This document shows, piece by piece, positions 24,732 to 38,627 of a stretch of 50,632 nucleotides of DNA. Source of the stretch: Octopus bimaculoides (lineage: Eukaryota); contig NC_068985.1 of NCBI RefSeq assembly GCF_001194135.2, positions 120,308,385 to 120,359,016 on the forward strand, given 5' to 3'. The translations under genes were made by a program, and so were the position numbers. The notes under the pieces were generated by a model. It was not told the DNA's origin and did not search any database. It saw nothing but the letters and a program-made list of their open reading frames with translations. Every line of letters starts with the position of its first letter. Position 1 is the stretch's first letter.

Positions 24732-24985
24732 TATATATGTATATATATATATATATNNNNNNNNNNNNNNNNNNNNNNNNNNNNNNNNNNNNNNNNNNNN
24801 NNNNNNNNNNNNNNNNNNNNNNNNNNNNNNNNNNNNNNNNNNNNNNNNNNNNNNNNNNNNNNNNNNNNNNNNNNNNNNNNNNNNNNNNNNNNNNNNNNNN
24901 NNNNNNNNNNNNNNNNNNNNNNNNNNNNNNNNNNNNNNNNNNNNNNNNNNNNNNNNNNNNNNNNNNNNNNNNNNNNNNNNNNNNN

Positions 24986-25051
<66 letters not shown>

Positions 25052-26829
25052 TGCGCAAGTGAAAACTAATTTATGAGTAAATTTATGCAGGCGTATATTA
25101 ATTTCTTTGAGAAAAAGAATATCACTTGTTAATTTTGTCTTGTCTTTTGTCTCGTGTCAACTCAGCAGACTTATGATTTAAAGCAGATGTAAGAATCGCA
25201 ACTTTAATTCTGACACGGTTCACCTCGTACGATACTATCTGATATTCTTCCATATTCAACATGAAGTTCTAATTAATGTTCGGATTTACTTGCATTTCTA
25301 GTAGTGTGATCAACATCGTAAGAAGACTAACATTTATTTTTGCTGTTAATGCACTTCATCGCCAAGTCGGCTCTGATCGAGCATGATCAGTGACTTTCCA
25401 TTCTTCTCAAGACAATCTGCCCTCCAGAAACCGTTTATTTATGAGTGCATAACAGAAAAGCGCTAAAATCGGTAGCGTATAATTTGAGTGACATTTAGCT
25501 GCTGTGTCAGAGTTAATTCAACTGACCCCTTGAATTTATCTAACCCCGCACTGGTGGATTGTAAATTCAATTAAGATGTAGTTTGAACTCAGAATGCCAA
25601 ATAAGTATTTTACGTACTCAGACATGTTGTGGAAGATATGGACATATTCTTGTTACCAATGTTGGTTGACTTTTATACTCTTGACATCCCAGCAAGAACA
25701 AGAGACTTTTTCGGACATGTTTAGGTTTTGTTCATACATCTTCAACTAAACATATGGTTGCACGATTCATATAATTCACTTTCCATTTTAGCTACCTTTT
25801 AACCGGATATGTAACATACACCCTGGCTAGATAACTTACTGAGAGAACTGCTAGAGATAGTAGCCAAAAATCCCTCACATCATTCACTTGTATTAAAATC
25901 AGAAAAGCTGCCGTGGAAGTATGAAAACAAACCATTTTTTTTTTTTGCATGAGGAAGCAAACTGTCAATAAAATTTACTAGATTTAAAATCTAATTGTCG
26001 ACAGCTTGTACTTCGGGGGAACATATTACATGCTCCCGTACTTATGGAAGTTAAACTGCTTGATACAATGTTCATAATATATAGTCTACTTTTGCCTACC
26101 GGACAATAATGAGAAATTGTAAAATACATGATTAACAAGTGAATCATTCAGAACAATCGCAGTTTATTCCAACATGGAATCGATTTTCCCTATGTCTACA
26201 ATTTAACTTTTCTCTCTTATATTCCCTTTGGCGTACTTATAACAAAATAAAATACTAGTCTTTAGAAATTATTTTAGGACACCGTTATTAGATGCATCTT
26301 TCTAAGATGATCAATCATTCTTGGTTTTAGAGGCTCGAATTCGAGCTGTAGGAGATGCAAATCTGGAACTATTTCTACAACTGAATACATGATTGTTTCT
26401 AAACTGAAATGTATCCTCAGAAACACATCCTCATCATTTTACTGTGAAATATTGCAATAAAATTTAGCATGTACTTCGACAACGGCAATGTAAATGTAAT
26501 CAAAATCAACGTACAGATGTTCATTATCGTATTCTTTTGAAAGTTATTTTACGGAATCACTGTTGCCATGGTTGTCATGTTCTTAGTTCTTTCGCTACGG
26601 TTAAGCCACGATTGAGTAAACATATGATCAAAGGTAACTATATTGCAAATGTTTATTCATGCAGGAAAATTATAGAACTCCATTATCCAATGAGATCAAC
26701 CCTGACTAAAAGAATGGGGCATTGCTTGTTCCTACAGAGTTAATTAAGGTTACATCACCAACGTTTCTCTACTGTGTATATAAGAGGGAAATATGATTCG
26801 AGGGAAAATAGGAACATTCATTTTTCAGA

Positions 26830-27078
26830 TCCAATAGCTTCGGAGACGATGACTTGTTACTGCAAGGGGAGATTCGGCACGCGAGACGCTACACAGCTTG
26901 GCAGCCCATGTATTAGAATATCACGGAGGTTTTTCTAAGAGCTACTCATTTTTGCTTGCTGAGTGAACTTCAGCAATGTGAAAGAAATTGTCTTCCGCCA
27001 GGACACAATACGCCGGCTGAATCGAAATCACAAACTTACGCTCGTGAGCCGTATACTTTAATCACTAGGCCACATACC
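26830..27078 (-). mobile_element. tRNA-head SINE (family E), degenerate
   Basis: Minus strand: gtggcctagtgattaaag (A-box-like), gatttcgattc (B-box-like), then ttgtgtcctggcggaagacaatttctttcacattgctgaagttcactcagc...aaaaatgagtagc core. Confidence 0.65.
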
Positions 27079-27161
27079 TTCAGGAAAATGTATATGTGTT
27101 TGTGGGTGTGTGGTGTGTGTGTATGTGTGTGTGTATATATGCGTGTTTGGTATGTGTGTGT

Positions 27162-27210
<49 letters not shown>

Positions 27211-27465
27211 TTGCGTAGGAGCGTGTATGTATTGGAAACTGAAATTTCTTGAATCGTAACTCAAACATTTTCACACTCCCGAATGTTCAATTGACTGTTT
27301 GAACAAAAGCAGTATGAACCTTGGAGTTAAGATTGCAGAATCATCAACCAAAACTAAACTGTATGTACTGTACGACATATGTACGTTTACTCTGTTTATG
27401 AACACAGTATTATACCTATCCAAGTGGACGTACCGGTGTTTCGTATGTGCGTTTGCACGTATGTT

Positions 27466-27511
<46 letters not shown>

Positions 27512-27949
27512 CGCGTGCGTGTGTGTGAGTTTGTGCGTGCCTATGTATGTGTGAACGTGTACGTGTTTCCTTTGTTCAACTGACTAGGTGCGTAAAGAAG
27601 AAGCCAATGTTATGAAGACAAACAACTGACTGAATGCCACTAAGTAGCACGTCGTCGATCGATTGGGAATAACATTGAAACATAACGGAATTAAATGTCT
27701 GAGCTACGATAGAAGAGGAGGATTGGAGATAACATCAAAATATTGCGTAAACATACAAGTGTGAGAGAAACAAAATTAAAGTTTTGTTTAAAATATGCTA
27801 AGACAAAAAAAAAAGAAGAAAATTATTTGAAAATGGAAAGAAAACAAGACAATGTTGAATGGAACGGACTTCCAGCCGTGATAGAAGAAATGTAAAGCGA
27901 AGACGTCTGGACTAAATAACTGGAGTTTTTCAGATATGAAGAATGAATA

Positions 27950-29580
27950 AATATAAATGTATGAATTAAATCAACAATTTAATCAATAGAATACATATTG
28001 GAATTTTACTTTGAGAACAAAAGCGATGCTAGGAAAGAGTACATGGGGAATTGTACGATGATGATGTAACGCCATATACAAATATAGGTGTAGTATTGGA
28101 AAGATGGGAAAAATTTATTATATTACCTCGAAGTATGATATGGGGAATGTTATTCAATAAAACGAGAAATGTTTATAAACGAAAACCAAAGGAAAACGTT
28201 GAAGAACTCATTCTGAGAGTACAAATGTATCTCGTGCACAAAATCCGACTGATTACCTAAGAATTTTGGAATAAATATTTGAAACAGTTAAGAAGAGACA
28301 TGTATCGTTTAAACTGAATATTGCTTTCACATTTTGGCACAAGGCCAGCAAAGTCGGGGTAGGGAGTAAGTCGATTACATAGACATTAGTGCTCAATTGG
28401 TACTTATTTTATCAACCCCGAATGGATGAAAGATAAACTTGGCCTCGGTGGAAGTTGAACTCAGAATATAAAGACGGACGAAATGCCGCTAAGCATTTTG
28501 CCCGGCGTGCTACCGATTCTACCTGCTGGTCGACTCCGTTAAACTAAATATTACACAGAGAGGAGCGTGACAATAGTGTATGAGAAATTCAAACTTCAGT
28601 TCCGCGATTTTCCACTTTTCTAGATCAATGATATTGTAGTTCATATACAGTGATACTCATAATTTTTACTAAATGAGAATATTGAGTATTATATATCAAT
28701 AGAAGTTTTATAGTTCCTTCAGGTTACAAGAAACACTGGGTAGAACTGGGTAGAACACTTTGCACTCTGTGGAAACGAATCAGCAGATTTTCATTGCGAA
28801 TCAAACTTCTCAGCTGTTCAGCCATACCTACGTCAATAGAATACATAGAGAGGTTTCACTTAGAAACACTATAGACATAGAATGATTGCACAGGAGAATA
28901 AGAGAAACAAAATTTGGGAATATGAAAATTATATGCATAGATCGACTATTGTGAGAAATAGGTGTAATTAAAGAAAAATATGAAAACCAAAAGCTAATAC
29001 AGATTATTGGGATGGTTTATTCATCTGAATAAACGCCAAAGATAACACACCTTCGATGTGTGCAATCAGTAAGCAGGAATGAAAAGCACAAATCAAGAGA
29101 AGGAATGAAGGGACTGGAAAGGCATTTGTAAAAAATGGGTCTGGCTCACGAACATCAAGAAACATTAATATCAAAACCAGAAAATGATTATTAAAATATT
29201 AGGTATAGTTCACACTATTACACTGAGCTGGAAAATAGACATTAACTAAAGTACTATGAGATAGATCACAAGCGTTTGAAATGTGGATGTATACAAGATT
29301 TTTCAGAATATCCTTGCCAGAAAACAAAATCAATGAAGTATGTTTTTATTAGATATCATCAAAGAAAGAAACCTAAAATATTTTTGGACAAAGTTAACAG
29401 AAAGCAAAGTTAATGAGAAAAGAAGAGGAAAACCAAGGATTAAATGGAGGGATAATATAAAGATGTAGACTGACTTAAAATATAGTGAATATGTATGAAT
29501 TCTATCCAATTAAAGACACCACAAGGAAGACCAAGATGATGATCCATGGTTATGAACTTCCTGACAATGCGATGTACAGG
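27950..29580 (+). mobile_element. Decayed RTE-clade LINE, interrupted by a SINE
   Basis: Frameshifted KEYMGELYDDD; AQIKRR...KAF; NINIKTRK.LLK...TLTK...AFEMWMYTRFFRIS...NEV; RRGKPRIKWRDNIK. The 5' boundary is uncertain. Confidence 0.65.
28320..28535 (-). mobile_element. SINE family A, tail type 3
   Basis: Head and core match family A (gttgaactcagaatataaagacggacgaaatgccgctaagcattttgcccggcgtgct). The tail is ttttggcacaaggccagcaaagtcggggtaggg. Confidence 0.85.
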
Positions 29581-29609
29581 GATGACTATTATTTTAAAGT
29601 AGACGATAT

Positions 29610-29625
29610 TTGGCTATTATCATCA

Positions 29626-29716
<91 letters not shown>

Positions 29717-29750
29717 CATCCTCATCATCATCCTCATCATCATCATCATC

Positions 29751-29818
<68 letters not shown>

Positions 29819-29820
29819 TA
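29610..29820. repeat. Compound (ATT)n/(ATC)n microsatellite
   Basis: Direct inspection; explains the poly-Ile, poly-Met and poly-Ser ORFs. Confidence 0.97.
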
Positions 29821-29821
29821 A

Positions 29822-30022
29822 GACGGTGAACACGCCGTTAGCACGCCGGGCAAAGTGCTTAGCGGTATTTCGCAAGTTTTTTTACGTTCTGAGTTCAAAT
29901 TCCACAGAGATCGACCTTGCTTTTCATACTTTCGGGGTGGATAAATTAAGCACGAGTTGCGTACTAGGGTCGATCTCATCGTCCCCCCAAATTTCAGACC
30001 TTGGAGTGGAAAAGATTATTAG
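29822..30022 (+). mobile_element. SINE family A, tail type 1
   Basis: gttagcacgccgggcaaagtgcttagcggtatttcg...cgttctgagttcaaattcc...ccccccaaatttcagaccttgg...aagattatt. Confidence 0.85.
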
Positions 30023-30024
30023 GG

Positions 30025-30441
30025 ACCTCAAGAGACAACAGGTTAGAAGTTCATGTTGGTATTATGCCTAGGGTGTCATATATTTGGTTTTGTACATTGT
30101 ATTGTTCTAGAGAATGTTTAAAAAAACAAGAAAATTATGAGTTTGTTTTAAAATCTGAGATTAAATAGACAGTATTTTACGTAGGATATGGGTGGGTCCC
30201 ACGAGCACTATCTTTTGAATTTCTATCATTTTGGGGTTTCCTGGTATCTGAGCTAGGTAGCAATCAGTCCCGTTTGTTATCATTCCTAGGGCACCTATGA
30301 CAACAGGTATTGTTATAATCTTGAGGATCCACATTTTGCCAACTTCTATTTCAAGATCTTTATATTTGCTCAGTTTTTGGTAGGTTTTGACAGACACATT
30401 TATGCTGATTGGGACAGTCATATCAATGAGGAGGAATGATT
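30025..30441 (-). mobile_element. R4/Dong-like RLE LINE 3' end
   Basis: Stop-free LLIDMTVP..NVSVKTYQKLSKYKDLEIEVGKMW.LK..TIPVVIGALGMI...IQKIVL.G..HILRKILSI (30161-30430) plus 3' UTR. The 5' junction lies in (AAT)n. Confidence 0.9.
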
Positions 30442-30442
30442 A

Positions 30443-30501
<59 letters not shown>

Positions 30502-30547
30502 GATGTTGCTGTTGTTGTTGTTGTTGTTGTTGTTGTTATTATTATTA

Positions 30548-30603
<56 letters not shown>

Positions 30604-30649
30604 GATGTTGCTGTTGTTGTTGTTGTTGTTGTTGTTGTTCTTATTATTA

Positions 30650-30704
<55 letters not shown>
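30443..30704. repeat. (ATT)n/(GTT)n array with an internal duplication of about 100 bp
   Basis: The block gatgttgctgttgttgttg... occurs at about 30502 and about 30604 within the ATT run. Confidence 0.95.
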
Positions 30705-31599
30705 ATAGTGGACAACACCGGTGAGGATTATTATTTAACAGTATACGATTCATAATGATAATTACTATTCTAAACTCATGAAGGCGAGAAGTATGATGCT
30801 GGTCTGCAAAGTCAGTGAATGGAGGGGGTAGAACGAGAAGACTCTGGATCTGTGATGTTGTTTAGTCTCAGGGCAGCACTAAGCTAGCAGACCTAATATC
30901 AATAGCACTCCCACTGTGACAACCATATTTTTGTTCGAGACAGTGCATATATGATTATATTATCAGTGTCTTCTTTCTTTTAAGATAGAAAAGTATGATT
31001 TATTTGACATTTTATAGTCTGCCTGGCTGGTCAAACGGCTGCCTAGAATCCTCACTCGTTGGCAATTAAATGACATGAAAGTTGTTCATAAAATATGTAT
31101 ACACCAGATACAAAGATGAGCAGTATGAATGTAGAACAACATTGATAACAGCACTGTCAAAATGTCATTAAACAGAACGAAGTTGGTTCTAACATGCGGT
31201 TTAAAAATATACTTTGTAACCTGGCATTTTAATCTCATTGTTGGCTATCTGCTACAAAGTGAACGAATGAAAGGACGAGTGCGAAATTCTTGCACATGTT
31301 TCTACTAAACTACCATTCTATGCCAAATCCACAGAGTTCGGAAAATAGCTTTTCTACCGAAGTAATGATAAATAATTCAAATGCCTGATTTGTTATTTGC
31401 AGGTTATAGACACACAACGACAGTGACATACAAACTAAATTATTTAATAAAACAGAACAATCTCCAAGCATGACACTACAAACAGTTACACACGATTGCC
31501 AACACCTTCTAAACCTCAAATACGACACAGCGATGTTAGAGCGCCCACCTAAAATATCGTCTTCCCGGTAAACCCCATCTCTAGGAGGAGCTCAGGAAT

Positions 31600-32495
31600 C
31601 AAAACCACCATCGGTCTGCTGTCATTGCGGTGAACGTCATTATGTTAGGTGTTGTCCTTAGAAAAGCTAAAAGTACTCAGTTTACAAACGAACCAGTGTC
31701 GAGCAAGTAATTTGAACGGCACACAAAATGATGGATTGAGCAGTAGCAGGAGACAATCAATTCTTCGCTTTAATGCGGTGTTTGTCACAATTGGCGATAA
31801 TTTCCAATCACATGGAAATTGAAAGTGAACGGGAAAAACTTAGTATGCAACATGATACAGCAACTCATAGCTTGAAGGCTATCGGTTCATCCATGTACAA
31901 ACCAATAACATTAGTGGTTAAGATGGCTTCAAGAAGCCAGCAGTAGACACTTGGTGAATTGTATTTAATATAGAAGCTGCTGGTCGTAATGGTCATGACA
32001 CACTCTATCTCGGATCTTGTGGACTGAACCACTCTGCTATCCACTAGATCGAACGCTTACAGTTCTCAGAGATAACAATTAACCAGCACTTAATTAACAC
32101 GTCAAACCAGATATGAAAATGAGTGAATGCATTAGTCTTCGGAAGAAATATGATGTTGTAATCAGAAATGGCCTCAGGTTCCCTACTATAAGCAAGGCAA
32201 TTCTTCATTTGTATCCAGATGCCCGACTTCTTTTCAAACGAAAAAGAATTGTGCTACACGCTGCTCTGCCAAACATTGACCCTGAACTGAAACACTGAGT
32301 CTTTCAATTCCTAAAGTACTTTACGTAGGTGACGCCAATCGCAGTCGTCAAAAAGTCAAACGGAAAAGTGCCTATCTGTGTCATTTAACCCACCAGTCTA
32401 AATGACGCATTGGACAAGCATCAGTATCCATTGCTACTACTTAACGTTCTTTTCATCAAGATGAAACGCAATGCCCATTTCACAGAGCTGCGTCA
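31600..32495 (+). mobile_element. Ty3/Gypsy LTR-retrotransposon gag-pol remnant
   Basis: KPPSVCCHCGERHYVRCCP Zn-knuckle (31602-31658); protease-like QHDTA (DTA at 31854); KKYDVV..GL..SKAILHL.PDA..LFKRKR...AALP.ID.ELK; RT start TPIAVVKKSNGKVPIC...LNDALDKHQYPL. No LTR identified. Confidence 0.85.
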
Positions 32496-32637
32496 CTCAC
32501 ACGTATACCTACAGATAAAGTTTCGGAAGAATTGAGACATCCATTAACGAATGATACTCATCGTGGCCTCTTCAAATACACCCGGATAACTTTGGTAGTG
32601 ATGACAGGATCAGCAATTTTTCAGAAAATCACCACAA

Positions 32638-32828
32638 GGCCTGAAATTTTGGGCGAGCGTACTAGTCGAGTACATCGACCCCGGTACTCAACATGTACAT
32701 ATTATGTCGACACCGAAAGGATGACAGGCAAAGTCGGCCTCGGAAGAATCTGAACAGATATAGTAAAGGCAGACGAAATGCCGCTAAGTATTTTACCAGG
32801 CGTGCTAACAATTCTGCCAGCTCATCAC
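32638..32828 (-). mobile_element. SINE family A, tail type 1
   Basis: ggcctgaaattttggg...gcaaagtcggcctcgg...gacgaaatgccgctaag...gtgctaacaattctgccagctc. Confidence 0.85.
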
Positions 32829-32832
32829 ATTA

Positions 32833-32900
<68 letters not shown>

Positions 32901-33129
32901 TAATAATAATAATAATAACAATAATAATAATAATAAGACTATTATCTTATAAACACCTTTTACTGTAATCTTAACATCAGACTATCTTTTTATAATCAGA
33001 TTACTTTTAGAAGAACCTTCTAATTTGCAAAAACAGAGCCTGAAATAGAGAGGCTGGCTGAAAGTTCGCAAAAGCAGAACCTGAAGTAAAGAGGCCGTTT
33101 TTGATTCGTAAAAACAGAGCCTGAAACGG

Positions 33130-34385
33130 AGAAGCTGGTTGTGACTGTGCAAATGTGCAGCAAGGACATATGGAAGTGTGCGGTGTTTACTTTGAAGCAG
33201 GGGGTAAGAGGAAATTTAAGAGGCATAGAATTGCCAAGCAGAGAGAGATTGGAAGACCCGGATGATAATGGGTACAAGTACTTTAGGATCCTGGAGCTGG
33301 ACAATATCTTGCACAGAGAAATGAAAGACAAGGTCACCACTGCATATTTCAAGCGCCTCAAACTTCTCTTCAAATCAAAGCTCACCTCAAGGAAACTTGT
33401 GACAGCCATCAACATATGGAATGTTACTGTAGTCCGCTATAGTGCACCCATCTTGAGATGGACACAAGCAGAGATTCACCCATCGCACTACCTGAATCGC
33501 ATTACCTGAAAAACAATGACAATGCATGGTGCCCTCCACCCTAAGGCAAATGTACACACGTTCTACATGAAGAAAGGTAAGGGTGGACGTAGGATGATTA
33601 ACGTACGGAAGTGCATCAACAGTGGAAGAAGAAACATAGCAGAATATTTGGTGAACAGCAAACAAGACGTGCTACAGTATGCTGCTAATGGAGAAGGATT
33701 TAACAAAAATGGACTTGAGAGTGCTCATGAATTCCGAACAAGAACGGCCAACGAGAGAGAAGAAATCCTACTCTGTATGGAATTACATGGTAAGTTCCAC
33801 CGTGTAACCAACAAATTAAAAGACCAAGAAGCATCATGGAAGTGGCTCAACAAGGGTGACCTAAAAAAGAATACTTAAAGCGTAATCATCGTGGCCCAAG
33901 ACCAGTCACTGAATACCAACTCAATGAAAAAGAATATATAGCACACAAGTGCATCGGACCTCGGTAGAATGTGCGGAAAGAGGGTCGAAATTGTGACTCA
34001 CAGCGTTAGTGCTTGTGAAAGTGTGGCGCAGAAAGAGTACAAGCGTAGGCATGACAAAGTAGCCCAAAACCTCCACTGGCTACTATGCAAGTATGGATAT
34101 GAGGTTACGGGTACTCGGAACCAGTATACACTGGAAAAAGCTAATGGACGAAAGGGAACGGAAAAAAATCCTCTGGGACTTTGATTTCCAGACAAAGTGT
34201 TAGAGCACCGAAAGCCGGATATAGTAACCTTTAAGAGGGATAAACAGAGTGCCCAATAATCGACGTAGCAGTGCCAGATCAACACATCATCATGAAAGAA
34301 AGAGAAAAAGTTGATAAATATGGAGAACTGAGAATTGAGACCGTCAAGATGTGGCAGCTACGGGAGTCGAACATAAAGGTTATCC
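33130..34385 (+). mobile_element. R4/Dong-like RLE LINE ORF remnant (RT C-terminus, CCHC knuckle, RLE)
   Basis: YKYFRILE; KSKL..RKLVTAIN...RYS..IL.WT; HGALHPKANV..FYM..GKGGR; WKWLNKGDLK; MCGK..E.VTH.VSAC..AQKEYKRRHDKVA; HRKPDIV; EKVDKYGEL; VIPIVIG. Flanked by (AAT)n at 32833-32935 and 34388-34473. Confidence 0.9.
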
Positions 34386-34474
34386 CTATTGTTATCGGAG
34401 CATAACAAAAATAATAATAATAATAATAATAATAATTATAATAATAATAATAATAATAATAGTAATAATAATAA

Positions 34475-35026
34475 AATGCCCTGATGCATATCAGACAGTG
34501 CTGTCATGGCTTCTGATCTTAATTGATTGGAAGTGTTATCATGTACATTGTTTTGTCTAGGTATAAAAGATAGGCTACAGCAAATATTCAGCTCAATACC
34601 ACAGATTTGTTTGTCAGTTGTTTTACCCTAATTAGTTGAACATGAGCATTAGTGGCTGACGCTATGTGTATCTCTGGTCACGAGCAGAAGTAGTGGGGGA
34701 GCATCATAGCCATGTGTTGTGATGAATTTTTGGGGGTTTGGATAGTTCACCTTCGGAAACATAGGTGTTTCGTTCAATATCCCTAAGCAACCGGTATTCA
34801 GGGACCTTTTGAGCGGGATGCGCTACTCGACCTGAAGAAAATTCTAGCTGGACCCCACCCGCAAGGTCATGCGCTGTTTGTCTTGATATGAGATCACTAT
34901 GTCGCGATAGTGATGCATGTGCCTGGTGTACCCTTATCAGACGAGGAGTCATGATTGATATATTGGGCTTCGCATATTTCTACCCCAGTGTTATTTTGAT
35001 GGGATGCACTGCTCTCTCACTCAATG
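34475..35026 (+). mobile_element. Family D repeat, most complete copy
   Basis: aaatgccctgatgc...catggcttctgatcttaattgattgg...gcactgctctctcactcaat; colinear with 6513-7013. Confidence 0.88.
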
Positions 35027-35082
<56 letters not shown>

Positions 35083-35115
35083 TGTAGTAGTAGTAGTAGT
35101 AGTTGTAGTAGTAGC

Positions 35116-35177
<62 letters not shown>

Positions 35178-35251
35178 TAGTAGTAGCAGCAGTAGTAGTA
35201 GTAGTGGTAGTAGCAGCAGTAGTAGTAGTAGTAGCAGTAGTAGTAGTAGTT

Positions 35252-35293
<42 letters not shown>

Positions 35294-35308
35294 CTAGTTG
35301 TAGTAGTT

Positions 35309-35351
<43 letters not shown>

Positions 35352-35359
35352 CAGCAGTC

Positions 35360-35420
<61 letters not shown>

Positions 35421-35425
35421 TAGCA

Positions 35426-35480
<55 letters not shown>
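35027..35480. repeat. (AGT)n array of about 450 bp with (AGC) interruptions
   Basis: Direct inspection; source of the poly-Ser, poly-Val and poly-Thr ORFs. Confidence 0.98.
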
Positions 35481-35854
35481 AAAACCACACTTGAACTAAT
35501 GTATCTCTGCCCTGACAAAAATGCATCGCTTGATCGCTCACCTTCTTTGAGAATCCGGTGAAAGAAAAAACTGAAATATGAGTAATGAGGTTCCTTCCCC
35601 ACCTTAAGACTCCGAATATGGACACAGAAACAGTTGTTCAGTGGTTGAATAGATTGTTCTCTTTGTCATATCTGGAAATCGATGAATTACCTAACTTAAA
35701 TATCCACATGCTTTAAATGGTTTAATTTCGGTTTAGGCTTCATTAATAATCTTCCCTTGTCTTAGTTGATATTTTGTTATAAAGAAGAATATCTCGTGAC
35801 TTATGTCGATAGAGTTTTACTTTTGGACAGTGATATTGTATAGGAACAGAATGG

Positions 35855-35898
<44 letters not shown>

Positions 35899-35957
35899 NN
35901 NNNNNNNNNNNNNNNNNNNNNNNNNNNNNNNNNNNNNNNNNNNNNNNNNNNNNNNNN

Positions 35958-36002
<45 letters not shown>

Positions 36003-36252
36003 GGGGGGAGGGGGAGAAAATGCACATTACAAACTGCGATGCAGTGATTCTTTTAGAAAGTGATAGCACAAGAAACATAATTGGTTTTTGGTACGTCTGC
36101 ATGCGTAAAAGCAATTATGAGACTGAGAAAAAGAAATAAAACAAAAAGAATAAAACAGGGAAATAAAAAGGTAAGGAAATACCGAAGTCCATACTAGTGT
36201 TTGCTTTTTATGTTTCCCTTTGTATTCTGCTACTCGGATTGCATGCATCATT

Positions 36253-36665
36253 CTATACATATACATACATACATACATACATACATACATACATACATAC
36301 ATACATACATACATACTTACTTACACATACATACGTGTGTACATACATATATACATATACATAAACATACATGCATACATACTTACAGACAAAAATGCAT
36401 ACACATACACATACATACATACGCACACATATACACACGTACATACATACAAACATATATAAACATACATACACATACATACATATACATACGCATATAC
36501 ATACACATACACACACATAGATACAGACACACACATACATCCATACGTACATACACACAAACATATACACCCAATACATACACACACATACATACACATA
36601 CATACATACACACATACATACACACATACATACACACATACATACATACATACATATACATATAT
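36253..36665. repeat. Complex (CATA)n/(CA)n microsatellite
   Basis: Direct inspection. Confidence 0.95.
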
Positions 36666-37800
36666 CTTTTAAACATGTCTCGTATTATATATACCTGGGA
36701 ACGTACGCATTGAAAGATTTGTCAAGCAAAGTTATCTTCTTTTATCATCAATGTATTTAAATCGACTGAAGCCACTCGCCGTATGCATATTTTCCTTGAA
36801 AACTAAATTATCATGGAGAAGATGCAATGTGATCTTTTTACTTTATTTCATTTTTTTTTTTCGTTATGATTTAATTTCGTTCTATTTTCCAGCTTTCCAG
36901 CATTGAAAGAATAATTCGCATCTTTTTTCTCCCAAAAGCACCATATTGATTTAGTTTTAGCTCTTTTAAGCTTGAAAACATCAACCGTCAGATTTTTATT
37001 CCTTGTTTAATACTTTATTATTTTGTTGTTGTTTACTTCATATCGCCGTTATTGTTATTGTTAGTAAGGTTATTGTTGTTATAGTTGCTGTAATAGGCGG
37101 TAGTGTTTGTCATGGATGTGGTGATGTGGTGAGAAAAGGAGCAACATAAACGAACGTACTGAAGAATAGAATTGAAGTTTAGCTTCTGTAATCTCAAGCT
37201 CTTTACGTATTAGTCAAGCACGCTTTGAAATTTCGTCTTATGATATTATATTACTTTCAACTAGCAAAATTGCTGAAACTACTTTTAGCCAAAAGCAATA
37301 ATGCCGCCTTTAAGATAAAAGGATCTTAGAGGAATTCAGCCGCAAGCAATGGGCCATACCGAATTCAATATGAAGGAATTGTATTGACAAGCTGTCACAT
37401 GGACAAATACTTTATAAAAGTGAAAGTGTCCAAACGGATATAAGTTTCCTCTTTAACTGTTCATGTCAGAGTTCAATGATGCTGAAATTTAGGAGTGGAT
37501 ACAGAGATGATTTCAAAGAAACAAAGTACATCAATACCATAAAGAAACAGAAAGAAAACGAAAATGAAAAGAAGCATATGGATTTGGGGCATATAGAATT
37601 ATTTCTCTGTTCATTCAAGGGGAAGCTTGAAATGAAATAGATAAAATGAAGATTCTCCAGGAAATAAACAGGCAGTTTCATTGACGGACCAAACACAAGA
37701 ACGCACATATACACATTCTAGGACATGCAATTTTGTATGGATTCTCTCTCTCTCTTTCTCTTTTTCTCTATTTACATATATACATATACATGCATAATAC

Positions 37801-37832
<32 letters not shown>

Positions 37833-37840
37833 GTATAAAG

Positions 37841-37943
<103 letters not shown>

Positions 37944-38627
37944 TAATCCATATCTGAACACATATCTTTTTATCTATCCATCTATCCATATATTTATCTA
38001 TCAACAAATGTGTGCTATAAACGTATGTATGTATCACTGAATAGTTTGTGTCTGTGTGCGCGTGTGTATATATAATGAAAGGGATTTTGCCTGGTCAACT
38101 GATTGGCGTTTCGTATACTATCTTCGACAATGAACAAAGAGCTGTGCTTGTGTATACAACACTGAATATTCAGTGGCTCCGAGGGAAGCATCCAACGGTT
38201 AAAGTGGCATGCCAAGGGAAGTAAACAACAAATGGAGTCTGAAAATGTCTACTGAAGCCTCAGGGTCCCAGACACACAACCTGCATAAAACGCTGCTTCA
38301 GACACATGCGTTATCTAGTTGTGTAACAATCAACATTAAGAACATACTATTCAATCATGTGTGCATGCGTCACTGTGGGACCGGGGGATCAAAGCCGAGG
38401 CACAAAAATCGATACTGGTCACTGGAAATATCGCGACTGAATGCCGTCACATTAATACTGAACTGAAGGAATGTCAGAATGTCTACAATATTGATGTGGC
38501 TTCACGTTTATGCTACGTTGGCAGTGACTTTTGTTTTAATCACGTTAGGTTCTGCTGGACTGTGGAAAATATATTCGAAGAGAGTATAACAAGTAGCCGG
38601 TAAGCCGGTGATAATAGATATACTGAA

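Larger units (their letters stand above)
540..35957. other. Ten assembly gaps (N runs), all next to microsatellites
   Basis: N at 540-549, 2221-2245, 3636-3788, 4950-5620, 7150-7159, 7663-7886, 20971-21004, 22251-22830, 24757-24985 and 35899-35957. Confidence 0.99.

Noticed and set aside
26821-26970. Apparent exon after tttttcag
   Set aside because: It overlaps the antisense body of the family E SINE at 26830-27078.
38040-38610. Unique-looking short ORFs beside the Tx1 fragment (also 39400-39790)
   Set aside because: No recognisable motif or splice structure, so they cannot be assigned.
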